Positions 21,893 through 30,918 of a DNA stretch of 30,918 bases are shown here, one piece after another. The stretch spans positions 1 to 30,918 of the forward strand of contig NW_021836263.1 of the NCBI RefSeq assembly GCF_006345805.1. The letters are read 5' to 3'. The first letter of the stretch is position 1; every line of letters starts with the position of its first letter. A program made the position numbers and the translations under genes. The notes below the pieces were generated by a model. It made no database searches. It worked only from the letters and a program-made list of their open reading frames with translations, and was not told where the DNA came from. The stretch comes from Octopus sinensis (taxonomy: Eukaryota).

Positions 21893-22581
21893 TTAGATGG
21901 AAAAATGATAACATTAAAAATAATATTGTTAAGATTATAAACCTGGAAAAGTACAGGACAAGTTATTACACCTGTAAAAGTATAGGACAAGCTATTACTT
22001 CTAGTAAAGTAAAGAATAAGAAACTTTTTACTTAAAATATTGCAGCTAAAATTAAAATTTGAATATTAAAACTTATTTTCTTATAGTTTACAAATAACGC
22101 TATACTTTATTCAAGTAGAATTTGGCTAATTTACTACCTTAAATACAGTAAAAAGTGACTAATTAGACAAACTTACAAATGAGCTGAACAGTTTTGTACA
22201 ATACATTTAAAAGATGAGAACTGTAAAGAGTGATAAATTAGAAGAACTGGCATTCTTTACTGCAATATTTTAACATTATTTATATTATTTACAATTGACA
22301 GATATTTGTCCTCATCATGTTTGTTGTTAACAGAACGTTTCGGCTGATATAACCTCCAACCTTCATCAGGTGTCTTGGGGAAATTTCGAACCAGGGTTCT
22401 CATTCCTATGGTATTTTTCGATGTTGTTGTATATGTGCGCAAGCACAAATTTTCCTATTCTTTACTTCACTAGAAGTAATAACTTGTCCTATACTTTTAC
22501 AGGAGTAATAACATGTTCTGTACCTTTCCAGGTTTATAATCTTAACAATATTACTTTTCATGCTCGCATTTTTCCATGTAA
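21893..22581. mobile_element. MITE/foldback-like element with ~135-bp imperfect terminal inverted repeats
   Basis: 21893-22027 pairs with 22448-22581 (for example taatattgttaagattataaacctggaaa / tttccaggtttataatcttaacaatatta); each arm carries an internal direct repeat aaaagtaYaggacaagYtattac. Confidence 0.75.
22329..22374 (-). ncRNA. Ultra-minimal type-I hammerhead ribozyme, probably in a Penelope-like fragment (~22255-22430)
   Basis: Minus strand: GACAC-CUGAUGA-A-GGUUGG(AGGUUAUA)UCAGCC-GAAAC-GUU-CUGUU; stem II pairs with G.U wobbles, palindromic AACGUU, stem I with a C.C mismatch next to the core. Confidence 0.7.
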
Positions 22582-23156
22582 TATATATATATATATATTA
22601 CAAGCAAAGACAATTCGCATTATGATGAACATATTCATGGAATAATTATGCGAATTAGACAAAAAGATTGTCATGCCAGTATGTTAGTATGTATGCATGT
22701 AAGTACGTGTGTGTGTTTGTGTGTGATGGGTGTGTGTTTGTGTGTGTGTGAAATAGAGAGAGACAAGGAGACAAAGAGAAAATATTCATATGTAGTATTT
22801 CCTTGTGTACACAGTTAGATGTGTGACTACTACTAGTGGAGCTAGAACTCTACCTAGTTTAGTATTGTGTCACGAAGTATTCCACTGATGAATCGTTGTG
22901 GATCTGCACTATGAACACCCAGTTGCGAAACCTCTCGTACCAGAGCCCCACTGTCGGTTTTAGTTTAAACTATAGTATATCGTAGTTTTCCGAAATTTCG
23001 TGTATGGGTTGAACCTGAAAAAGCAAGGTTCGTAATCACACTACCACGCAAGCGCAAATTCCTTTCTTAAATAAATGTTTTGTGAGTTCAAATTTAAACT
23101 TCACTTCAGTGATGTTCTCGCGGTGAGTATTCATCCAGTGTTCCAAAAACTGTGCA

Positions 23157-23241
23157 GGTGAGTGGCTTAATGTTTAGCGTGTTGCACTTAGGATCGTAAG
23201 CTTGTAGTTTCGATTCCTATATCGAGCGATGCGTTGTGCTC
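23157..23241 (+). mobile_element. Truncated tRNA-like SINE head (C/D/E type)
   Basis: gtggcttaatgtttag..gatcgtaag..gtttcgattcc..gcgttgtgctc parallels the heads at 8305 and 24937. Confidence 0.7.
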
Positions 23242-24106
23242 ATAGAGGAACTCTTTTGTGTGAGACTCTAAGAAACTTCCTACAGTGTCTATGACGTCAC
23301 TGCCAGTGGCAAAATGGCAACCAGCCAGGGCTTTTTTCATTTTGAGGAATAATTGAAAGTCAGAGGGGGGCTAAGTCTGGCGAATAAGGCAGATGAAGAA
23401 CAAGTTCGTATCCACAATCATGAATTGTTGCCATGGCAACCACTGAGGTGTGGGCTGGAGCATTGTCGTGATGAAAAAGAACTCCTCTGGTGAGCATTCC
23501 TGGCCTTTTTTCTTTGATTGTTTCCTGGGGGCATTACCGTAGCTGAGAATAATACAGCCGTGTCACGGTGTAGAAACCTTTGAGAACCCAAGTTCTTTTG
23601 TCACAATGTTGTCTGCTCTTTCATTTAAGATGCCCAGTCCCTCAGCTATCTGGCGACATGATATTCGATGATCTTGCATTATCATACCAAGAGCAAGGTC
23701 AATGTTGTCCTCAGTGGTTGCAGTTGGAGGCCTCCCTAGTGTGGGATCATCTTCTACACTCTCCCTGCCACGCTGGAATTCATTTACCCAGCGTTTGACT
23801 GTTGCATATGAAGGAGCATTGTCTGTTAAGTTTCTCACCATATCTTCATGAATTTCTGATGGAGACATGCCTTTCAAATGAAAGTACTTTATGACAGTAC
23901 GATACTCAGTTTTCTCCATTTTCCTTGCAACCTCGACACTTGTTTATTAAAAAATCTGTAACAAACAAAAAATAAATTAAAATATCAGAATCATGAAAAT
24001 GAGCAAGAATACTCAGAAAAGACTGTACTTACCAGAAAAAATTGTTTCAGCTATATAGCAGCCCCGTTTCTAGGTAAGGCTCAAAACTTTTCATACACCC
24101 CTCGTA
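23240..24106 (-). mobile_element. Mariner (DD34D) transposon, internally deleted and 3'-truncated
   Basis: 5' end TA|CGAGGGGTGTATGAAAAGTTTTGAGCC (24106 downward); transposase N-terminus from ATG 23919; HHDNAPAH and YSPDLAPSD motifs downstream; no 3' TIR found. Confidence 0.93.
23243..23919 (-). pseudogene. Mariner transposase pseudogene
   Basis: ORF 23563-23919 encodes the paired HTH region (TVKRWVNEFQRGRESVEDDP..GRP); the WVP linker and first catalytic Asp are absent; 34 residues separate the Asp of HDN and the Asp of PSD, with one extra C in a homopolymer near 23365-23370. Confidence 0.92.
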
Positions 24107-24379
24107 GAACAAATTTATAGTACAAGGGAAAGTGTAAATTCAATTACAATGGGAACGATTATATGGAGGGATTATTTCAATCCTTGTACTAATAAATTTC
24201 TTACTATTTATTTTTGTAATGGAGCAGCATAATTAGTGGCATCACTGTATAAACTTTCAAACTGTTTATACTGTTTATAAGCATTCCGGTAGGGAAGTTT
24301 TAAACTACACAAAAATGAATGTAGTATTGCAAGTACAAAATGTTAAGACTAATGGGAGAATTATTTGGTATATAGTATA

Positions 24380-24942
24380 ACTGGTACTCCGTCGATTATG
24401 ACGACGAGGGTTCCAGTTGATCCGATCAACGGAATAGCCTGCTCGTGAAATTAACGTGCAAATGACTCCACTGCGCACTCCACAGACACTTGTACCTATT
24501 TCTTTATTACCCACAAGGGGCTAAACACAGAGAGGACAAACAAGGACAGACAAACAGATTAAGTCGATTATAACTGGTACTTATTTAATCGACCCCAAAA
24601 TGATGAAAGGCAAAGTCGACCTCGGCGGAATTTGAACTCAGAACGTAACGGCAGACGAAATACCGCTAAGCATTTCGCCCGGCGCGCTAACGTTTCTGCC
24701 AGCTCGCCGCCTTCAATACACTTGTACCCTTAACGTAATTCTCAGACAGTTTCATCGTGACACAGATTGTGACAAGACTGGCCCTTTGAAATACAGGTAC
24801 TACTCATTTTTGCCGGCTGAGTGGGCTGGAACAATGTTAAATAAAGTGTCTTGCTGAACGAGACAATGTGTTGCCGGGAATTGAACTCACGACCCCACTA
24901 TAGTGAGTCGAATATCCTTACCATTAAGCCACGCGCCTTCAC
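24380..24942 (-). mobile_element. Full-length SINE family D with 13-bp TSD, interrupted by a family A SINE
   Basis: TSD ggtatatagtata at 24367-24379 and 24943-24955; head ggcgcgtggcttaatgg..gagttcaattccc on the minus strand. Confidence 0.93.
24497..24717 (-). mobile_element. SINE family A, young subfamily, nested in family D with 11-bp TSD
   Basis: TSD acacttgtacc at 24486-24496 and 24718-24728. Confidence 0.95.
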
Positions 24943-25544
24943 GGTATATAGTATATACAATTATTAAGCCCGTTCTCTTATAAGGTAGCACTGTAACAAA
25001 ACGCAGCACAGTTAAATAAATTGTAACACAGAGGAAAAGGGAGCAGAGATAGCCAGCAACAACATCAGATGCTACCAGGAGATTCTGCTTCTCAAGTATT
25101 ATAAATCGTAACTCCAGTGTCAGATCCATGGATTAGGAAAGCAACCAGTTCTAAAAGCCGACGATTAGGGGTTTCTCCACTGACAACTAGCAGTACGACT
25201 GAAACATCTGATGACAATAAAGTGAGCATCGAGAACGAAATAGTATAGCAAAATCTTTGCAAAAGGAAGAAAAAGAAGGGGAAAAGAATTCTTCCTTCCC
25301 CAAACACATATAAATGTATCTAAGCAAAAGGCTAGGGCATCGGATGTACGAAGTCCCGAAATTGGCAGTGGTTTATATTAACAATTAACTGTTAAACTCT
25401 GTGAACCCTCGACTTGAAGAAAAAAATGATACCCAGCAGTTAGAGATCACTATTGACTATACGAAACGTATGTCTGTATTTATACTCTCACACACACACT
25501 CACACACTCACACATACATACACACACATACATACATTACATGC

Positions 25545-25577
<33 letters not shown>

Positions 25578-27030
25578 TATACATTTATATATACATATAT
25601 ATAATATATGCATACATTGTTACTTTTATTGCTCATACACACACGCGCGCGCACACATATCAATAGATACCAATTCAATTATTTTGAGTAATTAAATTAT
25701 TTGATAAATCTCAAAGTACTGTATATTGTCTTTACCTCCTCCATCATTTTTATATAACACTGTACATCCACATGCTTTCACAAAACCTTCCTGACATTTG
25801 AATGTAATTTTGAAAGTATTGTCATCATCATCATCATCATCATCATCGTCGTCGTCGTTGTTGTCGTTTTGTTTTCATATCTTCGTTTCTATAAAATTAG
25901 GAAAGTAAAATATATATCGTTGGAGAGCATACCAGTGTGAGGTGGGTTAACTTTCCGTAAACAATCAGAAAATATATTCTACTGAAGAGTAAACCCGAGT
26001 AATGAAACTTAAGTGTCCTTCCTGTTCAGGAATATGAGAAAATACTTTGCGGTGCAGTGAATAAACTGCGAAAGTTGTGTGTTACCCATTCGACGGTCAC
26101 TGAACGTATTAATTATGTCCTTCGATATTGCATCGATACAAGTTCAATTTAAATGGAATCAAATGAATTTCGGTTTTCGTTTTCTATTTATTTTGTTGTT
26201 TTTTTTTGTATTTCGTTTATTGTAATTATCCTTCACAATTGTAATGGTGTTACACGTTACACGTTAGTTGAAAGAAATTTATATTGCATCACACAATAAC
26301 TGAACACGTTATAGCAAAGGCTTCGATGGTGCTTTCTATTTGCATATCATTTTTATTATTATTTTTCAGGTCTGATTTCCACACGCGAACTTCACCACTT
26401 CCCCACTGCTTTTTATTTTCTTTTTTTTCTCTTGTCTTCGTAATTTGTCCTTGTAATGTCCTCGCCTCCGTTGCCCTTATCATAATAAAAGAAACCATTA
26501 ATATTATTATTGTTGTTATTGTTATTACCGTTGCTGCTGTATTTGTTATTATTGTTTTCGTTGTTGAATTTCGTACATGTTTTTATGCTTCTTTTTATTT
26601 CATGTAATCGCAATTGGCTAAGCTAAACGACCGTCAATTTATTATATAACGTGGACCAACCAATCTCATTGCAATAAATAACAAAAAAAAAAAAAATAGA
26701 ACGAAGCAAACAAAAACAACAGCTTTACTGCTACTAAGGCATGTTTTAATATTGATGCAAAAAAGGTCACGGAACAGATATCAAAATACATTAGTATTTA
26801 TGTAAGGACGGAGCGAATGTCGATGGAGGTGGGTGGGAGAAGACACGGTGAGTTGTCTAGGAATGATTTGGCAGCGTTTTGGAAATATAATGTTTGGTGA
26901 TATGCGTTTCTAGTTTGAATAACATGTTGTTTCAAAGAAGAAAAGATAAATACTTCGGCTCACCTATGAATCTCTCTCTCTCTCTCTCTTGCTCGCTCGC
27001 TCTCTCTTTAGCTGTCTCATAACACGCAAA

Positions 27031-27033
<3 letters not shown>

Positions 27034-27071
<38 letters not shown>

Positions 27072-27207
27072 TATGCGTTGACATATATTCATATATACAT
27101 ATGAATTTATATGTATATGTATATATATATACGTATATACAGACACACATACACGCACACACATATATACATGCGTATGCGTTGACATATATTATATATA
27201 CATATGC

Positions 27208-27238
<31 letters not shown>

Positions 27239-27320
27239 AGTATATATATGTACACACACACATACATATATACATATATATGCATGCGTGTGTATATGTA
27301 TGCGCTCGCGCGCAAACACA
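27034..27320. repeat. (TA)n/(CA)n microsatellite field
   Basis: Tandem repeats seen directly. Confidence 0.95.
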
Positions 27321-27797
27321 CAAAAATACGCAAATTAACTACACATATATATTCAACCATTACTATCCGCACCAAATGGTTTCATTTATTTCAATATACA
27401 CCATTAAAACAAGCAAATAAACACAACGACCTGCTACAACAACAATAAATACAACAAATCTGCCAGCAAAACCGAGCAAACCTGCAACCAATTGGAACCC
27501 ATGTTTAAATTACTTTGGGTCTTTTTGGTGGGGTTTTTTCTCGTCTTTTGTACACACCCTGACATATATAGGTCTCATACATGTGTGTCTGTGTGTATAT
27601 GTATGTGTGTGTATAATTATATTAGGTGTGTGTTCGTGTGTACGGATGGATGGTTGACTGGTTGGATAAACGGGTAGATGGACCGATGTATGCGTATGGG
27701 TGTTTACGTAAGGGTGCATATATACTTAATGGAAATAATATATATTACCTTTTATACCATTCTTTTCAACTTCCTTATTGCTATTATTGTTGTTGCG

Positions 27798-27858
<61 letters not shown>
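27798..27858. repeat. (ATT)n microsatellite
   Basis: Tandem repeat seen directly. Confidence 0.97.
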
Positions 27859-27859
27859 G

Positions 27860-28065
27860 AGTGAAGGATTGGCGGAATCGTTAGAGTGAGAGACAAAATA
27901 TCTTGCGCTCTTTCTTCCGCCTCTGGGTTCAAATCACTCTGTGAACAATTTCAGCTTTCATCTTTCTGGTGTAGATAAACAAACAATACCAATTTAATTG
28001 CCTATACACGCTTCCAAAATTTACGACCTTGAGCCATTATGTTATTATTATTATTATTATTATTA
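27860..28065 (+). mobile_element. Strongly decayed family A SINE, old-tail subfamily
   Basis: ttggcggaatcgttag head, tctgggttcaaatc, gctttcatctttctggtgtagataaa, tail aaaatttacgaccttgagcc plus (ATT)n. Confidence 0.65.
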
Positions 28066-28689
28066 CCATTAAGAAATGGCTATACATCAATAGTTAAAAT
28101 CTAGTAAAATATAATTACAATCATTTTCATTTTTATAATCATAACCTAAATCATCATCGTCATCTTCCTCACATCACATCTATATATCTTTCTTCTATTT
28201 TCTCCTCATCATTAATACCTCTATCACCACCAACAACACAACCACCATTATAATCGTCGTCGTTGTTGTCTTTATTCGCAAGAAATATTACTCTTTACTC
28301 TTTAATAACTATATTCTACATGTTGTATATCAATGTACCCTGGTTATGTGTGTTTTACTCCTTATCTTAATCTCTTCCTTCTCTTATACCATCACCCTCT
28401 TTTCTCCTTTTCATCTTCTTAATCTCAATCGCCATTTTCTTGTTCATGTTCTTGATTTTGTTATTTTAAAACTACTCTTTCAACTACTATTACTACTACT
28501 ATCAATAATAATATTACTACTACAACACCTATCACTACTATTATTCCTACCATCTTTTTCAACGTCACCAACTCCTCTCATCACCCTTCTCATTATTCTC
28601 ATTTATTTTAGCCTCTTCTATAAAGACTTTAAACCTTCTTTTCCATGATATATTTACTTCTCTCTTAATTCATTCTCTCTCCCACTCTC

Positions 28690-28700
28690 AGTCTCTCTTT

Positions 28701-28741
<41 letters not shown>

Positions 28742-29108
28742 ATATATATATATATATTATATATATATATATATATATGTGTGTGGTGTGTGTGTGTTGT
28801 GTATATACCTCTTTAGTATTACCTTCTCTTTATCCTTTCTATTACTGCACAGTTTTTCTGTCCCAATCTCTCGTTCCCTTTTTCTGATATACAGCATCTC
28901 TTTCGCTGTAGCATGCATTCACTTAAACCATGAAAGTCACACACACGCAACACTCATCACACATATATACGTATGAATGTATGTATGTATGCATTTATGT
29001 ATGTATGTATGTATGTATGTATGTATAAACGTATGTATGTGTATATATATATAAACATATACATACTTGCATATAATGTAAATATGTATATGTTTATACA
29101 CACACACG

Positions 29109-29168
<60 letters not shown>

Positions 29169-29295
29169 CTCCATTGTTTTCAGTGCTACTTGACACTCTA
29201 AAACATATGTGTCTTTGTGTTTGTGCAAGCATATACGTATATACGTATATATGTATATATGTATATATGTATATATGCATAAACTCATACACATA
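28690..29295. repeat. (CT)n/(TA)n/(ATGT)n microsatellite field
   Basis: Tandem repeats seen directly, with a short unique interval. Confidence 0.9.
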
Positions 29296-30103
29296 TGAGC
29301 CGTCGAACTGCTTGCTCCAATCACCCAGCACTATCAACACAGAAATTGTTGATGGAGTGTGTTGGTTAAACATTCCATAGCAACAGCGTTCATATAAATT
29401 GAGAGACACTAAACGAAAAGAGAAAAGAAGATTGGGAGGTGATCGAAAATATCGATTACAAATTACATCTCTAATTCATTTCATCTATACATCTATATCC
29501 TCTCAATATCTTGCTTTCTGTAGTGTGTTTTTTGGCGGGAAACAATGGATTTGCTACTGCGGAGCTGTGCCAGTATTTTTGTCGATTTCATGAATTCAGT
29601 TGGGAAAAACTTTACAACGTTTTAATATTTTATATAAGTGATTTTCTTTTTTATATTTAAACACGGACAAACATTTGTAAAAGATCTCCTACACGTACAA
29701 ATTACATCTTTGTGCCAATATAAGAAAATCTGTGCAGTATATCAAACACACTCCAGTGTATTTCTGGTATTGTTTATTATATCAATCCGGATGCACTTAT
29801 GCCAATATGGTTTCATCATGGATCACTACATGACGAATTGTGCATCAGCGAAGCTATAAATTAGAAGGGAGTCAGGGCTGACAGTAGACTTAGAGAGGCT
29901 CTAAACTATATGAAGCTTCCGAGGAACCCCTATCGTTTAATTATTTTGAGGAACGTGAAGATCTTAGATATAGGTGATTTAGTTTATGCAGAAATCCTGT
30001 ACTTCACTAAGGCCTGTAAAGCAAGAATAGTAGAGCTGTGAGCCATATGTGAGCTGCATCGGGGTTGAGTTGGTATTTTAACAACGACAACAACAACAAC
30101 ACA

Positions 30104-30213
<110 letters not shown>

Positions 30214-30408
30214 GTGAGTGTTGAACGAATAGAATGAGTGCTCAACACCACATTTGTGGATAGAATTTCTGTATTTGAATATTAAGGCTACCATTGGTTT
30301 CTTGTTAAATATTTTCTTAATATCTTAACAATTTCTCAAGCCGATCGCATGAAAGAATTGTGTTCGTCTCTATTTTGAATAAAAACACGATATATGTGAT
30401 ATATATGA

Positions 30409-30707
30409 GGATGCCTGGCCTAATGGCTAGGGTGTTATACTCACGATTGCAAGATCCTGGTTTCAATTTCTACACTGGCGGGTTCGTAGTGATATTGAGC
30501 AAAACATACTTCGTCTAAGGTTGCTCTGCGATCACTTCGACACTTCACGAGTGGTACACCGTGCATCTGTTCAGGCAGCGTCGATTTACTGGAGGATGTG
30601 ATCTAATGCACAGCACATACATTTGAACATTACAGACTAATCATTTAAGCAGGTCGTTCGGTAAAAGTTGAACACTCATATGTCGTCTTCGACTGGAGAA
30701 TCCATCG
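30409..30707 (+). mobile_element. Diverged tRNA-derived SINE, family E
   Basis: Head tggcctaatggctaggg..ctcacgat..ggtttcaatttc..ttgagcaaaaca resembles C/D heads; 3' end gaacactc..gtcgtcttcgactggagaatcca resembles the family D end. Single copy in this window. Confidence 0.65.
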
Positions 30708-30709
30708 TG

Positions 30710-30736
30710 TATATATATATATATATATATATATAG

Positions 30737-30784
<48 letters not shown>

Positions 30785-30855
30785 GTGTGTGTGTGTGTGT
30801 TGTGTTGTGTATGTATGTATGTATGCATGTATGTATATTATGTATATATATATAA
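30710..30855. repeat. (TA)n/(TG)n/(ATGT)n microsatellite
   Basis: Tandem repeats seen directly. Confidence 0.95.
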
Positions 30856-30918
30856 AGAAAAGGTTGTAAGACGCAACAAAATTTTAGAAAAGATAAGTAA
30901 ATGAGTGGAAATCGAACC

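Noticed and set aside
22885-22940. CTGATGA...GAAAC...GTA arrangement
   Set aside because: Stem I, II and III do not pair convincingly.
25030-25450. Complex sequence with short peptide PGDSASQV, possible retroelement or exon remnant
   Set aside because: Stops in all frames and no further recognisable motif.

Overview
AT-rich, repeat-saturated eukaryotic non-coding DNA with no intact host protein-coding gene that I can support. The tRNA-derived SINE families, the density of (TA)n/(TG)n/(ATGT)n/(CAT)n microsatellites and a mollusc-type cox3 fragment suggest a cephalopod (Octopus-like) intron or gene desert; this is inference. Nearly all ORFs in the track are translations of microsatellites. Supported content: (1) about five SINE families (my labels A-E), including a nested insertion with two clean target-site duplications and a head-to-tail 185-bp dimer; (2) two decayed mariner transposons, one with DD34D spacing; (3) a mitochondrial cox3 NUMT; (4) a ~582-bp tandem duplication; (5) several long inverted repeats. 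The most interesting signal is a set of minimal type-I hammerhead ribozyme motifs (CUGANGA - stem II - GAAA - short palindromic stem III - GUH), five of them within 4859-6425 and another at 22329-22374. They mostly sit in hairpin or inverted units next to (TA)n tracts, which matches pseudo-LTR remnants of Penelope-like retroelements. All coordinates and pairings were read by eye; no search or folding program was run.
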